From: Candidatus Nanoarchaeia archaeon
Lineage (GTDB): Archaea; Nanobdellota; Nanobdellia; SCGC-AAA011-G17; GW2011-AR18
Length of the DNA: 64,000 nt
NCBI GenBank assembly: GCA_035289605.1
Contig: DATDWR010000020.1
Span: forward strand, 10,921 to 74,920
Direction: 5' to 3'
Part shown: one piece after another, positions 44,383 through 53,844 of the stretch
Position numbering within the stretch: position 1 is the first letter of the stretch
Layout of the letters: the number at the start of each line of letters is the position of its first letter
The notes under the pieces: generated by a model
The model's database searches: none
What the model saw: only the letters and a program-made list of their open reading frames with translations
What the model was told of the DNA's origin: nothing
Made by a program: the position numbers and the translations under genes

Positions 44383-44775
44383 CTACCTAACAACAAGCCT
44401 TGTCTGTATTCTCTTACTATAGGACAAAGGATCTTTTTTAGAAATAACATCAATGACATTAATATAAGGAGAAAGCCCTTTCTTTATTTTATTAAAGGCG
44501 TTAAAGCCTTTGCTCGTTAATACAATATTTTTATTATTATAACTAATAAATCTCTTCCTTTCCAGCAATTCCAGGTTTTTATATAAAGCCCTTTCCTCTT
44601 TCTCAACCATTCTTGCTTTTCTAACAACTTCAATAAATACAACTTTAGAAATAAAAACTTCCAGATCCTTGTCCTTTAATTTCCTGTTAGCCTCCTCATA
44701 CCATATACCTAAAGTAAATAAAATAAATCTTTGGGTGCTAGTTAAGTCCATAATGAATATTCTGAATAAATACAT
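44383..44775 (-). CDS. hypothetical DNA-binding-like (wHTH-like) protein
   Basis: 130-aa ORF. The LELLERKRFISY...LTSKG pattern resembles a winged-helix wing. Weak. Confidence 0.4.
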   Translation of the reverse strand: MYLFRIFIMDLTSTQRFILFTLGIWYEEANRKLKDKDLEVFISKVVFIEVVRKARMVEKEERALYKNLELLERKRFISYNNKNIVLTSKGFNAFNKIKKGLSPYINVIDVISKKDPLSYSKRIQTRLVVR

Positions 44776-44784
44776 ATTTAATTA

Positions 44785-45252
44785 TTACTGTAAGCCTAAT
44801 CTTGATGTTATATCCATTATAGCCCCATTTCTTTTCAAGTTAGCTTTAACAGCCTTGAAGCTTGAATCTCTTTTGGAATCATAAGTAAAACCTTCACAAT
44901 TCAAATATTCTTTGGCACCCATGCGAATTAAGTACTCATCGGCTACAGAATCAAAACCATCAGAATTAAGATCAAGAAAAGAAACACTACCTTTTACTTT
45001 AATATGATACCTTACATTACTAGATCCAATAGGCCTTCGCACACCTGGAATATTTGACAATAAAGCAACTTCAGTTCCATTATCTAGTGTAATTAATTTT
45101 TTTGGAGAAGCCTTAACTATATATTCAATTAATTTGTCTACTTGATTTTCTTTAGGCTTTTTAGGACAGGCATAATTATTAAGCCATATTCCAAATCCTA
45201 TAGCAGCTGTCCAAAGGGCAACTTTAGGAAAATATCTTCTTAGCAATCCCAT
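44785..45252 (-). CDS. hypothetical N-terminally anchored protein
   Basis: N-terminal hydrophobic helix (VALWTAAIGFGIWL). Confidence 0.45.
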   Translation of the reverse strand: MGLLRRYFPKVALWTAAIGFGIWLNNYACPKKPKENQVDKLIEYIVKASPKKLITLDNGTEVALLSNIPGVRRPIGSSNVRYHIKVKGSVSFLDLNSDGFDSVADEYLIRMGAKEYLNCEGFTYDSKRDSSFKAVKANLKRNGAIMDITSRLGLQ

Positions 45253-45263
45253 TTTAGTTAAAA

Positions 45264-45397
45264 TAGCCCCGCCAGGATTTGAATTCCCAAACTAATTCCT
45301 GGGTCAATGGCTCCAAAGGCCACCTAGGATATATTTTTATTATCCTTGGCCGTTGTCTCTAACCTATAAAAAAAAGATTAGTCTAGACGACGGGGCT
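45264..45397 (-). tRNA. tRNA-Gln(UUG) with three insertions (D loop, 26/27 junction, T-stem/loop junction)
   Basis: Reverse complement folds as AGCCCCG UC GUCU AG [30 nt] CGGCCAA GGAU [~17 nt] GUGGC CUUUGGA GCCAU UGAC CCAGG [aattagtttgggaa] UUCAAAU CCUGG CGGGGCU A. Confidence 0.75.
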
Positions 45398-45439
45398 CTG
45401 GTAAAAATAGAGAGAACTCCCTTTTAAAAAGTTATCCTA

Positions 45440-45877
45440 TCAAACAACCTGTCTTGACCTTGCTATCTTTACTTTTTGAAGCTTAGAAGACCTATCACCT
45501 GAAATAAGCCCATATTTTTGGTCGAGCCTGATCTTTGCTATCTTAAAATATCCACTAATACTTACAGGCATTAAAGCAAGATTCTCTGGTACTACTTCGC
45601 CAAGCATGTTTCTAGTTTTTTCTACCATTTTGAGAAGATTTTTCAGTTTATTATATTCAGCCTTGTTTTCTTTTTTTAAATGCTCCAAACTCGTACCAAG
45701 ATTATAAGCATGAGAGATTTCAGCCTGATTTTTATTAATTATTTTCAACCATTCTTCTATTTGTAAAAGCTTTTCCCTAAGCTCAGTATACTCAGGATCA
45801 ACATCATCCATTATCTTTTGTTCTATAGAGCGAGCATCTTCCCTGTGAGAAGATCTGAACCAGTCAAGAAAAGCCAT
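45440..45877 (-). CDS. hypothetical coiled-coil protein
   Basis: 145-aa ORF with no motif. Confidence 0.45.
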   Translation of the reverse strand: MAFLDWFRSSHREDARSIEQKIMDDVDPEYTELREKLLQIEEWLKIINKNQAEISHAYNLGTSLEHLKKENKAEYNKLKNLLKMVEKTRNMLGEVVPENLALMPVSISGYFKIAKIRLDQKYGLISGDRSSKLQKVKIARSRQVV

Positions 45878-45891
45878 AATCTTTTATTACT

Positions 45892-46509
45892 TCATCTATT
45901 TTTATATCTTCCTCTTTTCTCAACCTTAGCAAACCTTTCAATAATCTTACTGTAATCCTTACAAAATTCTTTGTATCCGTGAAGAACAGCACCAAAACTA
46001 GATTCAAAATGCCTGTAGTGCTTACTTTCCAATGCCTGCTTCAACAAATGTAAGTCAACTGCCTTATGCTCATCTTTCTGGTCGATGAATCCAAGACCAA
46101 AATCAATAAAGTAAACCTTATTGCCTTTTAAAATCATGTTTGAAGTTGTCAAATCCCCATGCACAATATTATTATTGTGGAGAAAGGCAACATTTTTTCC
46201 GACCTCTCTGCATATTTCCAATCTTTTATTTTCAGAAAAATCGTCCAAAGTCTCTGACAGTCTTTTTCCTTCAATAAAATCCATTACAAAAGAAAATTCT
46301 TCACTTTCAATTATCTTTGGAACTTGAATAATTCCTGAAGCCCTTGACAACAAACTTATTTCTCTTCTATTCCTAGACCTCCTTATTTTATCATCCAATT
46401 CCTTAATCCTGTAAGATTTCGGAATTCTTTCCTTAATAATTAAAATATTATTATTTTCTTTAATCTTGTAAAGTTTAGCTTCAGCACCATGCGCAATTAA
46501 TGTTTTCAT
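45892..46509 (-). CDS. bud32: Bud32/PRPK atypical kinase (KEOPS subunit)
   Basis: GAEAKLYK glycine-loop equivalent, HNNNIVHGDLTTSNMIL catalytic loop and YFIDFGLG. Confidence 0.85.
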   Translation of the reverse strand: MKTLIAHGAEAKLYKIKENNNILIIKERIPKSYRIKELDDKIRRSRNRREISLLSRASGIIQVPKIIESEEFSFVMDFIEGKRLSETLDDFSENKRLEICREVGKNVAFLHNNNIVHGDLTTSNMILKGNKVYFIDFGLGFIDQKDEHKAVDLHLLKQALESKHYRHFESSFGAVLHGYKEFCKDYSKIIERFAKVEKRGRYKNR

Positions 46510-46560
46510 ACAAAAAATATAAACAGCAAAGTTTATAATATTTTTTAAGGATATTAAATA

Positions 46561-46857
46561 ATGGGTATTGAAAACAAATTTGAAGATAGCGACGGATATC
46601 TAGTAACAAACAAGAAAAGAAGAACAGCACTCTTTATAAACAAAAGAGGAATCAGAAAACCAGTTCTAGAAGTATACTTCCTCAAGCTCGAAGATATAGG
46701 AAGCAATAAAGACATTAATAATTATAAGCTAATTGGAATCGACTATTATAGAGGAAATTTAGTGGCTGCAACAATTGAAGCATACAGAGAATGGAAAGAA
46801 AACAGTGATTCACAAATCGAAAGAGAAAAAACAGGAAGAAGAGACCTAATTAGATAA
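46561..46857 (+). CDS. hypothetical protein
   Basis: 98-aa ORF in a clean intergenic position. Confidence 0.4.
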   Translation: MGIENKFEDSDGYLVTNKKRRTALFINKRGIRKPVLEVYFLKLEDIGSNKDINNYKLIGIDYYRGNLVAATIEAYREWKENSDSQIEREKTGRRDLIR

Positions 46858-46866
46858 TTTAATTAT

Positions 46867-48228
46867 TTACGCTGCAAATCCTTTAGGCAATTTTCCTTTA
46901 AATTTTTTCATTATCTTATCCATATCCTGCTCAGAACCCATTCCCTTCATCATCTTCATCACTTTTTTACTTTGTTTGTATTGTTTTAACAAATCACGAA
47001 CATCAGAAACAGGCAAACCAGAGCCATTAGCAATACGCTCAACACGACTAAAATCTATTATTTCTGGGTCTTCCAGTTCCTTTTTTGACATTGACTGAAG
47101 AGCAAACTTCCATTTCTTTAATTTACCTTCCTGAACTTCAAGCATTTCCTTAGGAATCTTTACATTTCCAAATCCTGGAATTAATTCAGCAATTTTAGAG
47201 AGAGAACCCATCTTTGACATTGATTCCATCTGCTCATAAAGATCAATAAAATTAAACTCGCCTTTGATTAATTTCTTAGACATTTCCTTAGCGCTCTTTT
47301 CATCAACTGCTTCGCTTGCCTTTTCTAGTAACATTTCAATATCACCCATACCTAAAAGCCTAGAAACAAAACCTTTAGGACTGAAAGTTTCCAAGTCATC
47401 AACTTTTTCTCCAACACCAATGAACTTAATAGGGGCTCCTGAAACTGAACATGCAGAAATAGCTCCGCCTCCCTTAGCAGTGCCATCTAATTTCGTAACT
47501 ATAATACCTGTAATATGACATGCGTCGTGGAAAGCTTGAGCCTGAGACTGGATTGTCTGACCAATATCTGCTGAAATAACCAATAAATTTTCATCAGGCT
47601 TAATTGAATTATTCAAGTCTTCAATCTCTTTAATTAAATCCTTAGACAAAGCATCCCTTCCTGAAGTATCAATGATAACAATATCATAGTTATTTAATTC
47701 ATTTTCAAAATTTTTGTAAATTTTAATAGGATTTTTCTCTTTCTTATCTATAAAAGAAGGAATATTAATTTGCCTGCAAACTTGTTCCAACTGATCCATC
47801 GCAGCTGGACGATAAACATCCAAACCTAAAGCACAAACCTTGTAGCCCTTCTTAATAAAATATTTTGCAATTTTTCCTATTGTCGTCGTCTTTCCACTTC
47901 CGAAAATTCCCACCATCATAATCTTGAAAGGCTTTTTGTTAATTTCAATCTTAGAACCTTCGCCACCCATAAACTTGACTAGTTCTTCGTAAACAATTTT
48001 AATCAAATATTCTTTCTGAGTAACACCAGACGGAGGCTTTTCTTTCAATGCCCTATCTTTAATAGTCTTAGATATATCAAATACTAATTTCACATTAACA
48101 TCGGAACCTAGCAAGGCTCTTTGAATATCTTTAACTAATTCATCTATCAACTTTTCATCAACAAACATAGACTTAGCTATCTTAGATAAAGTGTTCTTCA
48201 ATGATTCTGAAAGTTTGTCTAATACCAT
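46867..48228 (-). CDS. srp54: signal recognition particle protein SRP54
   Basis: N-G domains with GIFGSGKTTT and DTSGR, plus a Met-rich M domain (MMKGMGSEQDMDKIMKKF). Confidence 0.95.
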   Translation of the reverse strand: MVLDKLSESLKNTLSKIAKSMFVDEKLIDELVKDIQRALLGSDVNVKLVFDISKTIKDRALKEKPPSGVTQKEYLIKIVYEELVKFMGGEGSKIEINKKPFKIMMVGIFGSGKTTTIGKIAKYFIKKGYKVCALGLDVYRPAAMDQLEQVCRQINIPSFIDKKEKNPIKIYKNFENELNNYDIVIIDTSGRDALSKDLIKEIEDLNNSIKPDENLLVISADIGQTIQSQAQAFHDACHITGIIVTKLDGTAKGGGAISACSVSGAPIKFIGVGEKVDDLETFSPKGFVSRLLGMGDIEMLLEKASEAVDEKSAKEMSKKLIKGEFNFIDLYEQMESMSKMGSLSKIAELIPGFGNVKIPKEMLEVQEGKLKKWKFALQSMSKKELEDPEIIDFSRVERIANGSGLPVSDVRDLLKQYKQSKKVMKMMKGMGSEQDMDKIMKKFKGKLPKGFAA

Positions 48229-48306
48229 GTCAAATTAGTATTAAACAAGATTTAAAAGTATTTGGTTTAGAAACTTTTATATTCAAACTAAATTAAATAA
48301 TATCCA

Positions 48307-48996
48307 ATGCAGAACCACACAAAAAAGGTGAACTTCAGAGAATTTATTCTAGGAGGACAGGACGGGCTAGTCAACGTCTTGGGGCTGGTGCTTGGAGTGG
48401 CTAGCGCTACACTAAACACAAACATAGTGCTAATTTCTGGAACAGTAGCAACAGTAGCAGAAAGCGTTTCAATGGCTGCAGTAGCATACACATCATCAAA
48501 AGCTGCAAAAGACTACTATAACAGCATAATAAAAGAAGAAGAAAAGGTATGGAAGAAGAAGCCGAAGATAGCTGAAAAAGAAATAAGAGAAGTATTTGAA
48601 AGAAAAGGATTCAAAGGAAAAGACTTAGATATAATTGTAAGCAAGATATGCAAAGACAAAAAAATATGCGTGGAAACAATGCTGCTGGAAGAACATAGAA
48701 TGTCACCTGCAGAATTTGAAAGCCCTTTAAGAAGCGCATGGATAGTCGGAACTTCAACAGTCATAGGAAGCATAATCCCACTATTACCATTTTTCTTTTT
48801 AAGCGTGAAAACAGGAATAATCACTTCATTAGTATTTTCTGCAATAATGCTATTTATTGTTGGTGTACTAAAAGCAAGACTAAGCATAGGAAGCTGGAAA
48901 AGAAGCGGACTAGAATTAATGATTATAGGAATAATAGCTGCACTATTAGGATATGGAGTTGGATTATTATTGAAAGGATATGGAGTTGTTGCATAG
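48307..48996 (+). CDS. VIT1/CCC1-family iron/manganese transporter
   Basis: ILGGQDGLVNVLGLVLGVA N-terminal motif, a central soluble region and C-terminal TM helices. Confidence 0.75.
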   Translation: MQNHTKKVNFREFILGGQDGLVNVLGLVLGVASATLNTNIVLISGTVATVAESVSMAAVAYTSSKAAKDYYNSIIKEEEKVWKKKPKIAEKEIREVFERKGFKGKDLDIIVSKICKDKKICVETMLLEEHRMSPAEFESPLRSAWIVGTSTVIGSIIPLLPFFFLSVKTGIITSLVFSAIMLFIVGVLKARLSIGSWKRSGLELMIIGIIAALLGYGVGLLLKGYGVVA

Positions 48997-49031
48997 AAAG
49001 ATATATATATATCCTAGACTAATAATAAGTC

Positions 49032-49415
49032 ATGTTGAATAAAAAAGGAAATAAATTCTATTTAATAGTAATATGCGTATTGCTACTTTCAATTACTGCA
49101 GTAATTGCGGTATGGCCCTTTAGTAAACCTCAAGCAGTTGCCAATGCTTCAAAAGGCTTTACAATAGAATGCAACACATTTAGTTTAAACCCGAGTGTAT
49201 ATCTAGGAAAAACAGGAAATCAAGTATGTAAGAGTTTAGGATATGCAACCTGCGTTTCTTTAAATGATGCTACATTAATAAATGGTGGAGAAAACAGAGC
49301 AGAATCTGCTGGACCTTGTACTGGAGATAGTGTTGTAATTAATGATATTAAAGTAGTAGAAAGGCATCAAGAAGGAACATATACCAGCTCGGTATCATGT
49401 TGCAGACTAAAATAG
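49032..49415 (+). CDS. hypothetical secreted Cys-containing protein
   Basis: N-terminal TM or signal sequence; 7 Cys. Confidence 0.45.
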   Translation: MLNKKGNKFYLIVICVLLLSITAVIAVWPFSKPQAVANASKGFTIECNTFSLNPSVYLGKTGNQVCKSLGYATCVSLNDATLINGGENRAESAGPCTGDSVVINDIKVVERHQEGTYTSSVSCCRLK

Positions 49416-49429
49416 ATTTTTATTTTAAA

Positions 49430-50701
49430 TTATAACCCCAGACTAGAAACCAATTCCTTAACATCAAATTCTTTTAAGTCATCTAAAGATTGACCAATAC
49501 CTAAATAAATAATAGGCCTATGAGTAATATAAGAAGTAGAAATTATAGCTCCACCCTTTTCATCAACATCAGCCTTAGACAGAATAATGCCATCAATCCC
49601 TATTACCTTATGAAATTCCTTTGACTGCTCAACACAATCATTTCCAGTAATTGCCTCACCAACAAATAATTTTAAATCAGGCTTAGCAACCCTAACAATT
49701 TTTTCCATCTCCCTAAGAAGATCTTTGTTACTATGCTGTCTTCCTGCAGTGTCTATTAAAACAACATCAATCTTGTGAGCTTTGGCATAAGAAACAGCAT
49801 CAAAAGAAACAGCTGCAGGATCACTTCCGTAATCATGAGCAATAACCTTAACGTTCAGCCTTTCACCCCACTGCTTTATCTGCTGAATCGCAGCAGCACG
49901 AAAAGTATCAGAAGCTGAAAGCACTACTGAAAGATTATTTTTCTTCAATAAGTTAGCAACCTTTGCAATAGTTGTAGTCTTTCCCGCACCATTTATGCCT
50001 ACAAAGCATATTACAAAAGGCTTGTCCTGCTTTTCTTTAATTTTCTCAATCAAATTTACTTTTGGAGTTAGGAATAAGTCCTCAATACTCTCCCTCAGCC
50101 CGCTTGTTATTTCATCTTCAACTTTTCCTCTTTTTATAGGCTTGTCAACTATATTTTTTTTGAGATCTTCCTTGATCTTGTCAATAACTTCAAGAGCAAC
50201 ATTATTTTCCAACAATGTCATTTCAAGTTCTGAAAACAATTCCTCAAATTTATCTTCAGAAATCTTTGTTGTTGTAACTTTCTCTTTTATTAACCCAAAT
50301 ATACCTTTCTTTTCTTCTTCTACCTCAACCTCTATTTTTTCAGATTCAGGCTTGACTTCTTCTTTAAGCTCTTCAAGTTTTTCTACAGGTTTAACCTCTT
50401 CTTCTTTTACAGCAAACTTTTCCTTTAATTTAGCAAAAAATCCTTTCTTTTCAGGAACTAATTCTTCAGCCTCCTTAATCTCTTCAATAACCTCTTCCTT
50501 AGCTTCAGATTTTTCCCCTGCTTTTTCTTTTTTCTTAGTTTTAGGCTCTTTTTTAGGCTTCTCTTCAACATGAACTTCTTTTTTTTCCTCAAACTGCTCC
50601 TTAATCTCTTCTAATTTTTCATCTTTCTGAGGCTCTTCTTCAACATTCTTAGAAATACTGCTAATTACTTTCTTCAGTTTGTCTTTCAAAAAGCTAAACA
50701 T
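49430..50701 (-). CDS. ftsY: SRP receptor FtsY
   Basis: E/K-rich acidic N-terminal region followed by an NG domain with GINGAGKTTT and DTAGR. Confidence 0.92.
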   Translation of the reverse strand: MFSFLKDKLKKVISSISKNVEEEPQKDEKLEEIKEQFEEKKEVHVEEKPKKEPKTKKKEKAGEKSEAKEEVIEEIKEAEELVPEKKGFFAKLKEKFAVKEEEVKPVEKLEELKEEVKPESEKIEVEVEEEKKGIFGLIKEKVTTTKISEDKFEELFSELEMTLLENNVALEVIDKIKEDLKKNIVDKPIKRGKVEDEITSGLRESIEDLFLTPKVNLIEKIKEKQDKPFVICFVGINGAGKTTTIAKVANLLKKNNLSVVLSASDTFRAAAIQQIKQWGERLNVKVIAHDYGSDPAAVSFDAVSYAKAHKIDVVLIDTAGRQHSNKDLLREMEKIVRVAKPDLKLFVGEAITGNDCVEQSKEFHKVIGIDGIILSKADVDEKGGAIISTSYITHRPIIYLGIGQSLDDLKEFDVKELVSSLGL

Positions 50702-50741
50702 GAGAATATATCCTGGTCAAATATTTAAAAGGTTTACTAAA

Positions 50742-52622
50742 CTAAAGTTTCTTGCATATCAAAGAAGCTTTCTTGTAATTCCCCCTCTCCAACAGACTCC
50801 TTATTTTAGAAAATTCGGAAGGATATTTAACATTACTGACAGGAATACTATTTATTTTATGATAAATGCTTATCTTTCTTGATTTCAGCTTTACAGTCTT
50901 CACGTTTGCTTCTTTTACCAAGTCAGGATCTCCAAGAATAAGACCTGCACCTACAAAGTCATTACTCTTCAATTTTTTATGCACCAGACTCATTTCCTTA
51001 GGATAAACAACAACATCTGAAACAACAACTTCTCTTGCTTGTACTTTATGGTTTGGTATGACTATTTTTAGAATTTTGGAAGTTTTTTTGAATAGTTTAT
51101 TATTATCTATTTTCTCATGCATCTTACTATATTCTTTGGTGTATTTTACAGTGTCTTGAGGAACTACTACGGGAACAGAAACTTTGTGAGACTTTATATC
51201 AATCTTAACCTTTTGCGGAGGATTCAAATATTTGCCCCCAAACAAAGAGACTGCATCGTTATACTTGTCATATTTCAAACTTCTGTGAGCCTTATGATAT
51301 TCTGATGAATAGAATACAGTCTCTGGAATACTTATCTCAGGTATTATGTTCTTATGATTAGGAACATCAATTTTAGTAATTTCCATATTCTCTTTCAGGA
51401 AATCTCTAGGCACATAATTATGCATTATCTCTCTTTCGTAAAAACTGACAGCATCAGCATATTTTCCCTTCATTACCAGCTTATGTATCTTGTTATAATC
51501 CTTTGAATACATTATAACATCATCTAATTTAATAATTGGCAAGACAATAAATTTCTCATGAAACGGCAACTGAATTGAAGGGCGCTTAAATCCAGACCTC
51601 AGCATGCCTTCGGGAATAAAATTATTCATAAGCCTTTCCTCAAATTTTGAGAAAGAGGCATAATATTTATTCTTTTTAATCAATGCTGCAACATTATTGT
51701 ACACTTCAGGGAATTTAAAGTTAGAAATTTTAGCCTTTCTGTGCAGAATAATCTTCCTATTGGGTATATTTATCTTCGGAACTGTAAACCCAGAAAACAA
51801 CATGTGGTCAGGAACAGGCTCGTTCAACAAACTATTGCTATACTGCTCGAAAGCCTCAAAGTATTTATCATTTGATATTAATCTTCTTACTTCAGAGTAT
51901 ATACCATCAAACTTCTGAACAGGCTGATTAATGTTAAGCTCTGGAATTCTGATATATTTCTCATTATTAGGCATGTCTACACTCTGCATATTATAGAATA
52001 TAGGAGAGCTCCTTACATGAGCTTTTTTCAAAAGATATTTAATTGAATATTCCTTGTACAAAGACTTAAGCATTGAATAAAGCTCCAGCTGCTCCCCTTT
52101 ATTCAGCATCGTACTAATATTGTGATAATGAATAATTAAATGATGCATCTTATCAGCAGCTTTTGCAAGATTGCTATTATTCAAATCATTCTTTAATATT
52201 TTGTAGTCAGCTATAAAATTCTGCTTTGAAACCCTAAATTTGTACATATTCGCAAAGAAATTATAGTATTTTGCTGTTGATTTTATCAAAGGCGGAATAT
52301 CCTCATGATGATCTTCCTTAAGATTATAAATAAGGTCATGAATATGCTTCAGCTCTTCACCTAATTTTGATAAATTTCCATTATTAGCCAAGATATAAGC
52401 CTCATTTATGTTAGTATACAAATTTAATTTTTTATATATTAATTTCAGGTCATCCTTCATCTCTTTTGTTCTTTTAAATTTCGGAATAGAATTAAAGCAC
52501 TTATTCAATAGGTTGTAATATTCAATTGCATCAGAGAATTTTCCCTCTTTCAACAATCTTTTAGCAGACTTTATGTCAGTATTAAACTCCCTCACCTTTT
52601 TATTAAACAAAGACTCAAGCAT
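50742..52622 (-). CDS. hypothetical protein built from ~7 degenerate ~55-60-aa repeats
   Basis: Recurrent unit: Y..(V/I)(H/R)(K/R)L(I/V)...KY..A...(Y/F)......(V/I)P......(I/V)P(N/F)(H/R)K... Confidence 0.6.
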   Translation of the reverse strand: MLESLFNKKVREFNTDIKSAKRLLKEGKFSDAIEYYNLLNKCFNSIPKFKRTKEMKDDLKLIYKKLNLYTNINEAYILANNGNLSKLGEELKHIHDLIYNLKEDHHEDIPPLIKSTAKYYNFFANMYKFRVSKQNFIADYKILKNDLNNSNLAKAADKMHHLIIHYHNISTMLNKGEQLELYSMLKSLYKEYSIKYLLKKAHVRSSPIFYNMQSVDMPNNEKYIRIPELNINQPVQKFDGIYSEVRRLISNDKYFEAFEQYSNSLLNEPVPDHMLFSGFTVPKINIPNRKIILHRKAKISNFKFPEVYNNVAALIKKNKYYASFSKFEERLMNNFIPEGMLRSGFKRPSIQLPFHEKFIVLPIIKLDDVIMYSKDYNKIHKLVMKGKYADAVSFYEREIMHNYVPRDFLKENMEITKIDVPNHKNIIPEISIPETVFYSSEYHKAHRSLKYDKYNDAVSLFGGKYLNPPQKVKIDIKSHKVSVPVVVPQDTVKYTKEYSKMHEKIDNNKLFKKTSKILKIVIPNHKVQAREVVVSDVVVYPKEMSLVHKKLKSNDFVGAGLILGDPDLVKEANVKTVKLKSRKISIYHKINSIPVSNVKYPSEFSKIRSLLERGNYKKASLICKKL

Positions 52623-52639
52623 GATTATTAATTAAATTT

Positions 52640-53620
52640 TTAGTTTAAATAAGTTTCTAATTTTTTAATGAGCATTGTTGCATAACAACCTTTTGGGAGG
52701 AAGAATTTTATTACTACTTTCAGTTTATTCTTGTTCAACTCGTCTTCTGAATATTCTGATATTATGTTTTTAACTTCAATGAAGGCTTTTCTCATCACAG
52801 TCTCTGTAGTTAGCTCCGGCATCTGCGAAATTATAAATTCTCTTAATAAGATATTTTCTTCTTTTAGAATATTTTCCAATTCTTCATTTGATTCTGAATC
52901 AAAACTAACCAAAGGAACTTCAAAATTATCTAATTTACTTTTAATGAAAACCAATTCACCCAATTCTGTTTTAACTGATAATTTATCCTTTTCTTTGCTT
53001 AGTCTAGCTGATAACAGCCTGTTCCACAAAAAGGCCTGATAACTTGATATATAAAATCTCAACAATCTTCTTGGCTGCTTTCTTAACTCACCAACATAAT
53101 CATTATTTGAAACTTTTAAATCCAATAATTCGCATGCCTTCTTGAAATCTTTTTTAATAATTGCCTTTCCGACCAAATGAGTATTAGACTTGTTTCCGAA
53201 TCTCTGCTCTCCAAAATAATTCTCTAAATTCAAAGAACCTGGAATTTTAGACTTTTTATTTAATCCCCTTATTGTAATTGTAAAATTATTTCCCTCCAAA
53301 TCACCCAAATTAATCCTTTCATAAGAATGGCCTTGAAACTCCAATTTAACACCATTAATTTTAGTCCTTTCAATTCTTTCTTTAGGAATTTTGTAAAATG
53401 AAATGCATTGAGTTGTAATTGCTAATTTGTCCTTGTTTCCCGCATAGCCGATAAATTTATTCTTAGTGTTAAGGTTTCTTGAAAGAACATCTATAATCTT
53501 GAACATATCCCAATTAGTTTTTGTTAATTTGAAAATAGAGTAATTTGTTTTCTTGTTTGTCAACTTTAGATTAATAACTTCATCAACAATAAAATCTTCT
53601 GGAATCTGCTTGATTATCAT
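52640..53620 (-). CDS. truD: tRNA pseudouridine synthase TruD/Pus7 family
   Basis: MIIKQIPEDFIVDEV N-terminus and GYAGNKDKLAITTQ (catalytic Asp context). Confidence 0.8.
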   Translation of the reverse strand: MIIKQIPEDFIVDEVINLKLTNKKTNYSIFKLTKTNWDMFKIIDVLSRNLNTKNKFIGYAGNKDKLAITTQCISFYKIPKERIERTKINGVKLEFQGHSYERINLGDLEGNNFTITIRGLNKKSKIPGSLNLENYFGEQRFGNKSNTHLVGKAIIKKDFKKACELLDLKVSNNDYVGELRKQPRRLLRFYISSYQAFLWNRLLSARLSKEKDKLSVKTELGELVFIKSKLDNFEVPLVSFDSESNEELENILKEENILLREFIISQMPELTTETVMRKAFIEVKNIISEYSEDELNKNKLKVVIKFFLPKGCYATMLIKKLETYLN

Positions 53621-53670
53621 ATATTTTGAAAATGAGATATTAATATAAATTTAATTAAAATTAATGTGAG

Positions 53671-53844
53671 ATGCAAGATTTATATTCTATGCAATGGGGA
53701 AAATTAGAAAAATTAGCAGCAAAACATGAAATAACACCTTTGAAATTTTCCGCTGGAGAAATTGAAGAAGTAATAGAAAATGAAAAATTAAGATTTAAAA
53801 CGATAGCATTAAATATCAAAATAAAACAAAATAAAACATGGTAA
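53671..53844 (+). CDS. 57-aa hypothetical small ORF overlapping the apgM start
   Basis: Own translation: MQDLYSMQWGKLEKLAAKHEITPLKFSAGEIEEVIENEKLRFKTIALNIKIKQNKTW. It is below the track cut-off. Confidence 0.25.
   Translation: MQDLYSMQWGKLEKLAAKHEITPLKFSAGEIEEVIENEKLRFKTIALNIKIKQNKTW

Noticed and set aside
49995-50573. 192-aa Ser-rich plus-strand ORF
   Set aside because: It is the mirror of the Glu/Lys-rich N-terminal region of FtsY on the opposite strand, so it is a compositional artefact.
50200-50640. Apparent GAA/AAG-rich repetitive DNA
   Set aside because: It encodes the acidic low-complexity A-domain normal for FtsY. It is not a tandem DNA repeat with a definable unit.
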